A stretch of DNA of 64,000 nucleotides from a bacterium (GCA_030648955.1 JAUSHB010000013.1:76675-140674), one strand, 5' to 3'; numbered from the stretch's first letter, positions 48,769 through 59,592 are shown. Made by a program: numbers and translations. The notes: generated by a model from the letters alone, not told the origin.

Positions 48769-49971
48769 TTACCGTGTATCCACCGCTCCACTTGTATCTG
48801 TTTCCGCTGGAAGCACGCTTCCCCCGTCAACACCCTTGATGTCAATTTTCCAGCCACTTAGTTTTGCTGCAAGTCGAACGTTTTGACCCCCTTTTCCAAT
48901 AGCGAGTGAAAGCTGGTCCTCGGAAACCTTAACAGAAGCAAGGTGTTCTGCCTCATTCAGATCAACGCTCATTACTTTTGCTGGAGAAAGTGCGTCTTCA
49001 ATGAATTTTTTCTGTTCCCCTGACCATTCAATAATATCGATTTTTTCTCCACCCAGCTCACTCATGACCGTTGAAACGCGCACACCACGCTGTCCCACAC
49101 ATGATCCCACGGGGTCAACGTGTGTATCGTTGGATGTGACAGCAATCTTGGATCGCGATCCTGCTTCACGGGCGATTGCCTTAATTTCTACAACACCGTT
49201 TGCGATTTCGGGAGCCTCAACCTCAAAAAGTTTTTGAATAAATTTCGGATGAGACCTTGAGAGATGAAGATCTATTCCACGCGGGGTTTCTTCTACTGCG
49301 TATAGATATGCTCTTATCCGCTCTCCTTGCTTGTAGCGTTCCCCGGGAATTTGTTCATGATATGAAAGAATCCCTGTGGTTTTGCCCAAGTCTATAAAAA
49401 TATTTCCGCGTTCCATTCGTTGCACGGTGCCATTTACGATCTCACCTTGTTTTTTGCCATATTCATCTAAGACGGATACCTTTTCAGCTTCTCTGATACG
49501 CTGAATAATGACTTGTTTTGCCGTTTGTGCGGCGATTCTGCCATATTCATCGCGTGACTCGAGGGGGAAAATGAGTTCATCGCCAGGTTCCACACCCTTT
49601 TTTATTTTCCGCGCATCATCAATCATGATGTGCTGTTCAGGATTAAAGCGAATGAGTTTTTCCCCAACTTCATCAATGACATTCTCAGTTTGACCCTTCT
49701 TTTCTGTGAATTCGGTGGGGGTATCCTCCGTGCCTTCTTCGATTTCAGGGCGGAGCATTGATTGCTCTACCGCGATTTTAATCTGAAAAAACTCTGTTTT
49801 TCCTGAACTTAAATCAAATTGAGCTTTTACAATTTGTCCTTTCTTGCCGTAATCTTTTTTATACGCGGCAGCAAGCGCCTGCTCGATTGCCTCGATAATT
49901 TTTTCTTTTGGTATACCGCGCTCTTCCTCAAGCTGGTGAAGCGCCGAATTTAATACTTTGAGATCCATCAT
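48769..49971 (-). CDS. nusA: Transcription factor NusA
   Basis: GRIAAQTAKQ, AREAGSRSK, AIGKGGQNVRLA. Confidence 0.98.
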   Translation of the reverse strand: MMDLKVLNSALHQLEEERGIPKEKIIEAIEQALAAAYKKDYGKKGQIVKAQFDLSSGKTEFFQIKIAVEQSMLRPEIEEGTEDTPTEFTEKKGQTENVIDEVGEKLIRFNPEQHIMIDDARKIKKGVEPGDELIFPLESRDEYGRIAAQTAKQVIIQRIREAEKVSVLDEYGKKQGEIVNGTVQRMERGNIFIDLGKTTGILSYHEQIPGERYKQGERIRAYLYAVEETPRGIDLHLSRSHPKFIQKLFEVEAPEIANGVVEIKAIAREAGSRSKIAVTSNDTHVDPVGSCVGQRGVRVSTVMSELGGEKIDIIEWSGEQKKFIEDALSPAKVMSVDLNEAEHLASVKVSEDQLSLAIGKGGQNVRLAAKLSGWKIDIKGVDGGSVLPAETDTSGAVDTR

Positions 49972-50257
49972 AAAATTTAGTCAGTAGTTAGTAGTAAATA
50001 GTTCGTAGTTTAAGGGCGAAGCAATAAGATAACAAGATAAATAGGTGCTGTGTTCGTTAATAAATTTTTAATAAAAATGTCCGTTCTTTCGAAACGGACT
50101 TACGTGCATCTAAGGTATCAAATTTAGTTGGTTTTGTCAAACAGAAATCGCCCCCAAAGATGTTATGGCTATCGATATGCGACAGTACGGCAATAGGCAA
50201 GAGAAAAGCCGATGGTTCCCATCGGCTTTGAAAAGAACGAACCTACTCGGTAAAATG

Positions 50258-50533
50258 CTATGCGGCTTGCGACACATGTTTTTTTTTGTAACGCTTCTCG
50301 TATTCCGGTATCGTCTTCTCCCAGTCCTCGAGTTTCTCCATGGGAGTGGGGGGGGTATGGAGGATGAACCCATCTCTCTCAATAAAAACAGCCACTTCCT
50401 CTTCACATGCGCCCTGAAGATTTTTTTCCAACGGCGATCCTCCCAACATATCAGGGCCCCATGAGAAATAGAGCTTATCGTTTTTCTTAAGAAACGCAGC
50501 CTCATTTCCATCCGAAGCGATAATCTCGTACAT
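50258..50533 (-). CDS. Small hypothetical protein downstream of the DUF3626-like gene
   Basis: Strong RBS (aggaggt); 91 aa. Confidence 0.55.
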   Translation of the reverse strand: MYEIIASDGNEAAFLKKNDKLYFSWGPDMLGGSPLEKNLQGACEEEVAVFIERDGFILHTPPTPMEKLEDWEKTIPEYEKRYKKKHVSQAA

Positions 50534-50552
50534 AAAGTACCTCCTTTCCGAA

Positions 50553-51347
50553 TTAATAGGATATAAGTTTGAATTTGCACTCTTTCGCGAGCCGTTTCAA
50601 CTTCGGGAAAAACTCCTGATTGAACTGGTCGGTCTCGGGGTAGTATAACACCTCTACGTCGTTCTCCAAAAATACGCCACCTAAAATCTGCGCTTCAATA
50701 TAGGATGTCGTGCCATACTCGTCAATAGGAATTTCCATGCGGTTTACATACTCGTGCCAGCACTGGTCCATGCCAACTACTCGCGATGCAAGTACCCCTT
50801 CAATATCATCCCACACAAAAACTTGCTCCGGAGTAATGTGAAACGAGTCAGCCGGTGTAAATGTACTCCGTTTTTTCACCCTATCTTTTAAAACAAATCG
50901 ATACCATCCGTAAAATCCAAGCGCAGAAAGTCCTATGGGATTATTGCGATAATCAAGAACGCCATAGTTTGGATGCTCGGTGTTGGACATCCCCGCAAGA
51001 ACCGTTTGAAGATTGCGCGTAGCGCCATAGAGTTTAAACTCAAGCATGATGCGCATACGCAAATCGCTCGGATTTCTTTCGCGCGCTGCATGAGCGATTT
51101 CAAAAAGATTGTACAGCCGTTTTGACGCAATCAAACTGTCAATCATGGAAATACCGAAGATATGGTCATGGAGATTTACATTTACCACAATACGAGAATT
51201 TTGCAGTTTTTTCTTCAAACCAACAACCATGTCCCGTTGCTGGTCCAATAAACCTTCCTTCGCAGCAATAGAATGCTTATTGCTTACCGAAAGAACTCTG
51301 TCAAGAAGATATTGTTGACTTGGTGAAAGACGCCGACGCAGTTTCAT
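50553..51347 (-). CDS. DUF3626-like protein (possible ADP-ribosyltransferase-like fold)
   Basis: HPNYGVLD...YG..RFVLK...RSTFTPADS...YIEAQILGGV; ggaggt RBS before MKLRRR. Confidence 0.65.
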   Translation of the reverse strand: MKLRRRLSPSQQYLLDRVLSVSNKHSIAAKEGLLDQQRDMVVGLKKKLQNSRIVVNVNLHDHIFGISMIDSLIASKRLYNLFEIAHAARERNPSDLRMRIMLEFKLYGATRNLQTVLAGMSNTEHPNYGVLDYRNNPIGLSALGFYGWYRFVLKDRVKKRSTFTPADSFHITPEQVFVWDDIEGVLASRVVGMDQCWHEYVNRMEIPIDEYGTTSYIEAQILGGVFLENDVEVLYYPETDQFNQEFFPKLKRLAKECKFKLISY

Positions 51348-51541
51348 AAAAACCTCCGTTGTAAAAAATTTCAATATACAAAACCCTGCAAGGAAGACTA
51401 TACCGCAACGTTTTTTTTGGCAAGTAGAAAACGGTGGGGTGTGAAAAAATAGGAAAGGGGGGAAATAAGCGCAGTTCATCTAAGGACTACCTTTGAAAAA
51501 TACTGCTTGAATAATGTGGCGTAATTTGGTGTAATAAAGCT

Positions 51542-53518
51542 ATGAAAAAATACATAGGACAATTTATTTTTGTAGGGTTCGCGCTTTTTATATTTAATCC
51601 CGTTTCTCTGGTTCATGCCGCAGAAGAGATCGATGCCTATTGTGTTGTGCCAAAAGAGGCCGTCCCTCACGGCAGTACTGTTTCTTTGACCATTAAGTTT
51701 AAGGATAACGATACAAGCAATGACCTTATTGTTCAGGGACCTTTTAAAATTTTAAGGTATGACAAAGATGGTAAAGCAATCATAGTTGACTTTAAGCGTG
51801 GTAATGAGAAGGACGATACAGGAAAAGAAAACCCTGAAAAACCAGCCTTAACTTCCAGTGTTGCTTTAAGCCCCAAACATATACTTCCAGCTCCCGCCAC
51901 AGAGTCGGTGACTTTGACTTATTTTGTTAAACATAAAGAAGGCAAAAGAGGAAAATTGTCTACAGCCGACCGTGAACAGCAAGTTGACTGCTCATTTACT
52001 GTTCAGCACGAAATAAAAAAAACAACTACTCCAAGCGGTAAAAATTCTATAGGGGATCCGGATTTTGATTTACTGCGCATTTCGAGTGCTGCGGTTGATT
52101 TGGGCATTGAAGATGTCGGCACATTGCCCACCAGTGGCTTTTATTTTTGGAAAGAATGGAAGCGGGGATTGAGCCGTGCGTTTACATGGGACAATGTGAA
52201 GGAAGCGGAGCTCGAGCTTCTCATTGCGAACGAAAAAGCGGCGGAAATGCGGAAGGTTGCGGAGGTAAGCCCAGACAACAAGGAAGCAATTAAAAGTGCG
52301 CTTGAGAATTACGGAGAAGCACAAGCACGGCTCGAGGCACGGCTTATTGACGTGAAAGAAAATTCAGGAAACCCAAAGGTGAAGGCGCTCCTCGAGAAAC
52401 TCGACAAGCAGTCTTTGCAACACGCGACGCTGTTGAACCAAATTGCGATGCGGTGGAACAATGATCCGTATGCCGAAGATGCTGCGAAGAATGTAGTGAA
52501 GCCAGAAGCAGTTCGTGATAACCATCTGCAGGGAGCAGTCGATGTTCTCCAAAAAAAGATTCAGGAAGTTGCTCTTGTCGGGGTTGAAAAAGATGGCAAC
52601 ATAAAAGAAAAAGCGACTGAGCAACTCAAGCGTACGGAGGCAGAACTCGCTTTACTAAAAACTGAATTGACAAAATTCATGGCAAGTAGTGCGGAGACAA
52701 ACCCGCTTGCGATTGAAGAAGAGGGGGTACAGAAAACAGGACCCATACGCATCGACAATACTCCTGCGCGTCTTTCCACCAACATGACCATCGAGCGCCA
52801 AACACCCAAACGAGATTTTGGCGACCGTATGAAGGCAGGCCTGGAACAGGCGGGCGGGATGCTTGCACAAGGAAAGGTAGCGTTTACGACAGGGAAATTT
52901 GGAGAAGCATTTGGAAAAGCCCGTTCAGTCGAGGTGATGGTACGCAATATGCGAGTTGCTATTTCTGACTTTGCCATTAAAGAACAGGGGGTAAAAAAAG
53001 TTGTTGAACCCGGAAAGCCTAAATACGAAGATATCAATGCAAAAAATGTGAACCCAGTTTATGATGATTCTAGCACCGAAGGCACCAACCCTCTGTATGA
53101 CAAAAAAATGGAAAATATGAGAGCGTGCGGGCCACAACCCGGCGCACCGGGAAACTGGATGTGCAAAGAGGGCAAGTGGCAGTTGTCGCCAAATCCTACT
53201 CCGATTTCAAAACCTGCTCCCAATCCGACCGAAAGCGTGGCATGTACGCAAGAAGCGAGACTTTGCCCCGATGGTACGAGTGTGGGGCGTGCGGGACCTC
53301 GTTGTGAGTTTGCGGCATGTCCGTCGCTAAGACCACTTCAGGGTATGGCATGTACTGCGGATGTTGATCCTGTCTGTGGCGCAGATGGGAAAACGTATTC
53401 GAACGAATGCGTGGCGAATGTTGCAGGGGTGAAAGTTTTCACCAAAGGTGATTGCAATGCTACTTTGAATGGAGGCGTCATGATTAAAACAGAAGCGGAA
53501 GGTTCTGTTTTGCGGTAG
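51542..53518 (+). CDS. Secreted mosaic protein: DUF5667-like + Cys motif + Kazal domain
   Basis: GTLPTSGFYFWKEW; CTQEARLCPDG...CEFAACP; PVCGADGKTYSNEC. Confidence 0.8.
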   Translation: MKKYIGQFIFVGFALFIFNPVSLVHAAEEIDAYCVVPKEAVPHGSTVSLTIKFKDNDTSNDLIVQGPFKILRYDKDGKAIIVDFKRGNEKDDTGKENPEKPALTSSVALSPKHILPAPATESVTLTYFVKHKEGKRGKLSTADREQQVDCSFTVQHEIKKTTTPSGKNSIGDPDFDLLRISSAAVDLGIEDVGTLPTSGFYFWKEWKRGLSRAFTWDNVKEAELELLIANEKAAEMRKVAEVSPDNKEAIKSALENYGEAQARLEARLIDVKENSGNPKVKALLEKLDKQSLQHATLLNQIAMRWNNDPYAEDAAKNVVKPEAVRDNHLQGAVDVLQKKIQEVALVGVEKDGNIKEKATEQLKRTEAELALLKTELTKFMASSAETNPLAIEEEGVQKTGPIRIDNTPARLSTNMTIERQTPKRDFGDRMKAGLEQAGGMLAQGKVAFTTGKFGEAFGKARSVEVMVRNMRVAISDFAIKEQGVKKVVEPGKPKYEDINAKNVNPVYDDSSTEGTNPLYDKKMENMRACGPQPGAPGNWMCKEGKWQLSPNPTPISKPAPNPTESVACTQEARLCPDGTSVGRAGPRCEFAACPSLRPLQGMACTADVDPVCGADGKTYSNECVANVAGVKVFTKGDCNATLNGGVMIKTEAEGSVLR

Positions 53519-54001
53519 TTTTTGCTTGTATAAGTAGCTTTCCGCAGTACTCAGCATCGGCGTACACGATTTTAGGTATATAGCGCAAATTAGGACCTGA
53601 TATGTAAGAACAAGGGGGTCAGGTACTCTATTTTTGTTGAAAATGAAGATGAAATTTTCTTAAAAACAATTATTCCCAGCAGGAAATTTACTAAAAAATA
53701 TTTAATTCAATAAGGGAAAGTTTGAAAACCTTGGTTTTCAAGTAATCCTAGAACGAAGTTCCTAGATACCTCGCCGATGCGGAGCGAGGGAATAGATTGC
53801 TGCGGGGTAGTTCATCAGGAAGCTTCTGAAGCTCGCGAAGCTTTTTCTCCGTACGCTCTATAGTTCTACGATTCACGTTGCACGCTTAATGTTATCACCA
53901 CCCGCGCGCTACTTACAGGGCTTCATGTGGTATAATTTCTGTGAAGCAACTTACATGATACTTTCAACACTTTTTATTATACGTACGACACTCCACTTGC
54001 C

Positions 54002-55753
54002 ATGAATGTACAAGATGAACATTTGAAAGAGTTTCTTATAGATTCCGGCCTCGTTTCGAAAGATGTCGTTTCACAGGCTGAAATTATTGATAAGGAGAAA
54101 AAGATAGGACTTGGAAAGGTTCTGGTAACACAAGGAAAAATTTCTGAAGATGATCTGCGCCGATCGGAAGCATACATACTCGGTATTCCGTTTGTTGGTT
54201 TGAAGGGGCAAAAAATTGATTTTGCCATTTTGTCGATGATTCCTGAACCTATCGCCCGCAAGCACAACATTGTCGCATATAAAAAGGGTCCCGGTACGCT
54301 TGAGGTGGCAATGCTCGATGCCGACGATCTTACGGCGATTGAATTCGTCAAAAAGAAAGTAGGGCTTAAAATTGTGCCTCGTCTCACCGACAAAGAATCC
54401 ATAAAGAGTGTCCTTGTCCAATATCAAAGAAGTCTTAAGGCGGAATTTAACGACATCATCGACAAAGAAGCAGCCCTTCTTAAGGCTATTCCGGAAGAAG
54501 ACGATGATGGGGCATCCGAAAAAGACCTCAAAAAACTTGCCGAAGATTTGCCGGTGGTAAAAATTGTCGACACACTTCTCAATCACGCAATCATCCAAGG
54601 CGCATCAGATATTCATATTGAACCAACGGAAAACGAAGTTGTCATTAGATATCGCATTGACGGTCTATTGCATGATGCTATGGTGTTACCAAAAAATGTT
54701 GCACCTGGTATTACTGCGCGCATAAAAGTTCTTGCGAATCTCAAGCTTGACGAGAAACGATTACCCCAAGATGGACGATTTAAAATAGAAATGTCGGATC
54801 AGAAAGTGGCGTTTCGCGTGTCGCTTCTTCCTGTGTATTACGGTGAAAAAACAGTTATGAGGCTTTTGCGTGATTCTGTTGCGGGGCATACCCTCGAAAG
54901 TCTCGGATTCCATGGTGCGGCACTAGAAAAAGTTCATGAAGCGACACGGCAAAAAACTGGAATGATCCTTACCACAGGACCTACTGGATCAGGAAAATCA
55001 ACGACTCTTTATACCGTGCTTGATATTGTGAATACGCCCGAAGTGAATATTTCAACCATTGAGGATCCGATTGAATATCAAATGCCTCGAATCAATCAGA
55101 CACAAGTAAAATCTGAAATAGGGCTTACGTTTGCAAGTGGCTTGCGAGCACTTGTTCGACAGGACCCCGACATTGTGATGGTGGGGGAAATTCGTGACAG
55201 CGAGACGGCATCTCTCGCGGTGAACGCCTCTCTTACTGGTCACTTAGTACTCTCAACACTTCACACCAACTCTGCTGCTGGTGCGGTTCCACGTCTTATT
55301 GATATGGGAATTGAGCCGTTTCTTATTGTATCAACGATAAACGTCATCATCGCACAGCGATTAGTGCGCAAACTTTGTGATGTAAAGGAACGGTATACGC
55401 TTTCACCCGCCGAAATTAAAGTGTTGTCAAAAAATATTAACCTTGATCGAGTGATGATGATGCTTAAAGAGGAAAAGATTGTTGATCCGAAAGCGGGGTG
55501 GGAAGATATTCCATTTTATCGTATAAAAAAAAGCGATGAATGCGATGATGGTTATAAGGGGAGACTCGTGATTCATGAAGTGCTCAAGGTAACACCTCCC
55601 ATTCGTGACCTTGTCATGAAAGGGGCGACCTCGACACAAATCGAACAGGAGGCTACCAAAGAGGGAATGTCCACGATGATCGAAGATGGATTATTTAAAG
55701 CGGCACAAGGACTTACCACCGTGGAGGAGGTGCTTCGTGTGGTATCGGAATAA
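54002..55753 (+). CDS. pilB: Type IV pilus assembly ATPase PilB/GspE
   Basis: ASDIHIEP, RLPQDGR, GPTGSGKS, RQDPD, GHLVLSTLHTN. Confidence 0.95.
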   Translation: MNVQDEHLKEFLIDSGLVSKDVVSQAEIIDKEKKIGLGKVLVTQGKISEDDLRRSEAYILGIPFVGLKGQKIDFAILSMIPEPIARKHNIVAYKKGPGTLEVAMLDADDLTAIEFVKKKVGLKIVPRLTDKESIKSVLVQYQRSLKAEFNDIIDKEAALLKAIPEEDDDGASEKDLKKLAEDLPVVKIVDTLLNHAIIQGASDIHIEPTENEVVIRYRIDGLLHDAMVLPKNVAPGITARIKVLANLKLDEKRLPQDGRFKIEMSDQKVAFRVSLLPVYYGEKTVMRLLRDSVAGHTLESLGFHGAALEKVHEATRQKTGMILTTGPTGSGKSTTLYTVLDIVNTPEVNISTIEDPIEYQMPRINQTQVKSEIGLTFASGLRALVRQDPDIVMVGEIRDSETASLAVNASLTGHLVLSTLHTNSAAGAVPRLIDMGIEPFLIVSTINVIIAQRLVRKLCDVKERYTLSPAEIKVLSKNINLDRVMMMLKEEKIVDPKAGWEDIPFYRIKKSDECDDGYKGRLVIHEVLKVTPPIRDLVMKGATSTQIEQEATKEGMSTMIEDGLFKAAQGLTTVEEVLRVVSE

Positions 55754-55760
55754 GTTAAAA

Positions 55761-55826
55761 AAGCTTCAGTAGCTTCCAGAGCTTCAAAAGCTTCCGAAGC
55801 TAAGAAGCTAACGAAGCTAAAAGCTT
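55761..55826. repeat. Empty inverted AGCTTC/GAAGCT array between pilB and pilC
   Basis: AGCTTC at 55762/71/80/89, directly followed by three GAAGCT units and one AAAGCT. Confidence 0.85.
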
Positions 55827-55833
55827 TAAAACA

Positions 55834-57051
55834 ATGACTCGATTCAATTACAAAATACAAAATAATACTGGAAAAATTGAAACGGGAGCAATCGATGCGA
55901 CGGATAAGTTTTCTCTCGCGGCACAATTTAGGAATGAGGGGAAAGTTGTTGTTTCTATCGACGAATTCCATCAAAAAGATTATTTAAAGATGGAGTTTTT
56001 AAACGAGATGCTTTCTCGCATAAAACTTCAGGACAAAATAATTTTTGCAAGAAATCTTTCTGCAATGATCAATGCAGGACTTTCGCTCTCGCGAGCGCTG
56101 GGAGTGTTAGAGCGACAAACAACGAATCTCAAATTCAAAAAAGTTCTTCAGTCGCTCACCGAAAACATCAGTAAGGGGAAATCTTTGAGCGACGGAATGA
56201 AAGAATATCCAAAAGTTTTTCCACAACTCTTTGTTTCTATGGTGGGGGCTGGAGAAGAATCAGGCAATTTGGCCGACTCACTTTTAATCGTTGGCAATCA
56301 ACTGGAGAAAACATACCTCCTTAAGAAAAAAATAAAGGGAGCAATGATTTATCCGGCCATTGTTATTTCAGCAATGGTTGTTATTGCAATTCTCATGTTC
56401 ATCTTTGTGGTTCCCACGTTGAGCGATACGTTTACCAGCATGAACGTTAAGCTTCCTACTAGTACGAGTATTATTATCGGCATCAGCGAGTTTTTGAGAG
56501 ATCACGGTATCCTCGCCTTGATTATCGTAGTTGTTGCGGTCGTGGTTATTTCTATGGCCATACGCACCCCACTCGGCAAGCGTTATGCAGAACTTATCTT
56601 GCTCCATCTTCCGATTATTTCAAAGATCGTGAAAGAATCAAATGCGGCGCGTACAACACGCACACTCTCATCTCTCCTTTCCGCAGGAGTTGATGTCGTC
56701 GAAGCTCTCTCTATCACCAAGAGTGTGGTTCAAAATTCATACTACAAGGATGTATTAACTATCGCAGGGGAGAACGTCCAAAAAGGCATACCCCTTTCGT
56801 CGATTTTTATGGAAAACAGTAAAATTTACCCCGTGCTGGTTGGCGAAATGATCGAGGTTGGCGAAGAAACAGGTAAACTTTCCGATATGCTTTTGCGTGT
56901 CGCTGAATTTTATGAAAGCGAAGTTGATACTGCAACGCGTGACCTCTCAACAATCATCGAACCGATTCTTATGGTTGTCATTGGTGGGGGTGTCGGATTT
57001 TTTGCTATTTCAATGATCACGCCGATGTACACGATCATGACCGGAATTTAG
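55834..57051 (+). CDS. pilC: PilC/GspF platform protein
   Basis: GEESGNL, AMIYP, GEETGKL, IEP. Confidence 0.95.
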   Translation: MTRFNYKIQNNTGKIETGAIDATDKFSLAAQFRNEGKVVVSIDEFHQKDYLKMEFLNEMLSRIKLQDKIIFARNLSAMINAGLSLSRALGVLERQTTNLKFKKVLQSLTENISKGKSLSDGMKEYPKVFPQLFVSMVGAGEESGNLADSLLIVGNQLEKTYLLKKKIKGAMIYPAIVISAMVVIAILMFIFVVPTLSDTFTSMNVKLPTSTSIIIGISEFLRDHGILALIIVVVAVVVISMAIRTPLGKRYAELILLHLPIISKIVKESNAARTTRTLSSLLSAGVDVVEALSITKSVVQNSYYKDVLTIAGENVQKGIPLSSIFMENSKIYPVLVGEMIEVGEETGKLSDMLLRVAEFYESEVDTATRDLSTIIEPILMVVIGGGVGFFAISMITPMYTIMTGI

Positions 57052-57108
57052 GCAGTGGGGTATATAGCTTGGAACACGGAGCGTGAAAATTCATTATTCA
57101 ATAAAAAT

Positions 57109-58233
57109 ATGAAAAAAGAAAAAAAATTATCTCGCGGGTTCACGGTATTTGAAATTTTGATCGTGCTGACTATTATTGCCACACTCTCCTCAATCATTGT
57201 TACTTCTTTTTCTCAATTCAGAAACACAAAAATTCTTGATACTGGGGTCGAAAATACAGTTTCTGTTCTTGCTAAAGCGCGAGGAAACACTTTGTCTTCA
57301 AAAAATTCCTTCCAGTATGGCGTACACCTAGAGGCGACTCAAGTAGTTCTTTTTCGGGGAGGGACCTATACTGTGGGTGATTCTAATAACGAGGTATCGC
57401 TACTCGACAGCTCTCTTGAAATTTCAACAATAGCTCTTACGGGGGGTGGATCCAACGTTATCTTTGACCGTCTGACCGGAAAAACAAGTCAAGGCGGAAC
57501 GATTATTATTCGCGTGAAATCAGATGTATCAAAAACAAAGACGATCACCATTAATGGAACAGGGTTGGTAAGTATGACTGATACCACCACCTCTGCATCA
57601 TATGCATTCAGCGAAGGTGCTGGACTCACCACAGCAGACTCATCAGGCAATGGAAATACGGGAACTCTCACGAATGATCCACTTTGGGTTGCAGGAAAGA
57701 ATGGCAACGGTCTCTTTTTTGATGGTATGAACAGCTATGTTGTTATTCCCAACACTTCCTCGGTCGATATTGGTGGCACAGATCTTACCATTTCTATGTG
57801 GGCAAAGATTATTAGCACTTCAAGCCTCGCTGATTACATCCTTGTTGCCAAACCATGGAACGCATCCACAATGTCCCCTCCATATTTTCAATACGATGTT
57901 GAATATGATAACAATGAAAATAAAACTGTCGACTTCTACTTTGGTGATACTACGAGCACAAACCGTGGTCCCTATAGTGTGACACCACCAGTAGACACCT
58001 GGACCCACATCGCCTTCACCTATGACGGAACATCAGTGAAAGGATACCTTGATGGCGTACAGGAGTTTTCCACTCCTACAACCGGGAGCATTCAAGCCCG
58101 CGGTCAATCTTTGCGCTTGGGCACCGACGGACAATTTTACCAAAACTACAATGGATCTCTTGATGATGTACGCATTTACAGTCGCGCGCTTACACAGGCG
58201 GAAATACAAACGGATATGAATACTCCGTTGTGA
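57109..58233 (+). CDS. Prepilin with C-terminal LamG domain
   Basis: RG|FTVFEILIV; DSSGNGNTG, WTHIAFTYDG, GSLDDVRIYSRAL. Confidence 0.88.
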   Translation: MKKEKKLSRGFTVFEILIVLTIIATLSSIIVTSFSQFRNTKILDTGVENTVSVLAKARGNTLSSKNSFQYGVHLEATQVVLFRGGTYTVGDSNNEVSLLDSSLEISTIALTGGGSNVIFDRLTGKTSQGGTIIIRVKSDVSKTKTITINGTGLVSMTDTTTSASYAFSEGAGLTTADSSGNGNTGTLTNDPLWVAGKNGNGLFFDGMNSYVVIPNTSSVDIGGTDLTISMWAKIISTSSLADYILVAKPWNASTMSPPYFQYDVEYDNNENKTVDFYFGDTTSTNRGPYSVTPPVDTWTHIAFTYDGTSVKGYLDGVQEFSTPTTGSIQARGQSLRLGTDGQFYQNYNGSLDDVRIYSRALTQAEIQTDMNTPL

Positions 58234-58364
58234 TGCACGCACAGATAATCGCAACTATCCCCGTCAACCTTTCAGTCGCAGTAGTTTCCTTATTATAGAA
58301 ACGTACAACACGCAGGTAGCTGTTGATGACTAATTCAATTCACGTGTGGTATAATTTAATTCAA

Positions 58365-58943
58365 ATGGACTTTCTTTCAAAAAAGAAAAAATACTTCAAG
58401 TACAGATTTGTCCCGTACGAAAGCGACGTTTTCAATATTAAAAATTCTGCGCGACATTCCAAGTATAGTACGAGATATTTTCGTACGGGATTCGGTCTCA
58501 TTGAAATTGTGATTGGTGCGACAATCCTTTCCACATCTCTTTTGGGGATCTCGTCTTATTATCAGCAAGCACTTCAAGTCAGTCAACAAACGGGAAATTC
58601 TGTGCAGGTCGCCTTTCTTATGGAAGAAGGAATGGAAATTGCAAAAATTTTTCGCGACACCAGCTGGACCAATATTTCTGGTCTTACCATGGGTGCAACA
58701 TATTATTTAACATGGAACGGAACTACATGGGCTACTACGACTACCAACACATTCGTCGATGGAATGTTTGAACGTACGCTGGTAGTCGACGATGTATATC
58801 GAGATGGGAATGATGATATTGTTACTTCGGGTGGGACAATCGATGACGGTGTAAAAAAGGCGACAGTATATGTATCGTGGAACGAACGGGGGGCAACAAC
58901 CACAAAAAGTATTTCCACATATATTACCGATTTTTTTAATTGA
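58365..58943 (+). CDS. Minor pilin (PilV-like)
   Basis: G|FGLIEIVI prepilin motif. Confidence 0.85.
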   Translation: MDFLSKKKKYFKYRFVPYESDVFNIKNSARHSKYSTRYFRTGFGLIEIVIGATILSTSLLGISSYYQQALQVSQQTGNSVQVAFLMEEGMEIAKIFRDTSWTNISGLTMGATYYLTWNGTTWATTTTNTFVDGMFERTLVVDDVYRDGNDDIVTSGGTIDDGVKKATVYVSWNERGATTTKSISTYITDFFN

Positions 58944-58945
58944 AC

Positions 58946-59554
58946 ATGAACGAGCTTTTCAATATAAAACGGCTTATTCCAGGAGAGAGCAAATTATTTG
59001 GACTCAAAGATTTTGGATTGAGTTTCGCCAAAACAAAAAATCTAAAATCCAAAAGTTCCCCTAGGGGATTCACCCTCATTGAGATGGTTGTGTATGCTGC
59101 CGTGTTGGGCGTACTTTCAGTGCTCGCTATGAATTCTACACTCATCATGACGCAAGTTTACTCAAGCTTGCGAGCATCACGCGACCTCAATCAATCTGCA
59201 ACCACAGTACTCGAACGAATGACAAGAGAAATTCGTACCGCCAACGCAATTGATGTAAGTAGTGTCATTAATGCAAATCCAAGCGATCTTGTACTCAATA
59301 CAAAAGATTCGGGAGGGGCAAATACAACCATTGAATTTTATGTACTCAATGGTCTCATAAACATAAAAGAGGGTGGGGTGGCACAAGGGACTCTCATGAC
59401 ATCTTCCACTCAAGTAGATAATTTTGTCGTCCGGACAATAACCTCCACGAACTTTAAGGCGGTAAAAATAGAGCTAACAATGACTGCTACGCGTGGGACA
59501 AAATCAAAAACAAGGAATTTTTACAATACTATCGTTTTGCGCGATAGTTATTAA
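58946..59554 (+). CDS. Minor pilin (PilW-like)
   Basis: RG|FTLIEMVVY...ERMTREIR. Confidence 0.87.
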   Translation: MNELFNIKRLIPGESKLFGLKDFGLSFAKTKNLKSKSSPRGFTLIEMVVYAAVLGVLSVLAMNSTLIMTQVYSSLRASRDLNQSATTVLERMTREIRTANAIDVSSVINANPSDLVLNTKDSGGANTTIEFYVLNGLINIKEGGVAQGTLMTSSTQVDNFVVRTITSTNFKAVKIELTMTATRGTKSKTRNFYNTIVLRDSY

Positions 59555-59592
59555 CCGTGATTTAAACTGCCCAAATTAATAATAACTATTGC

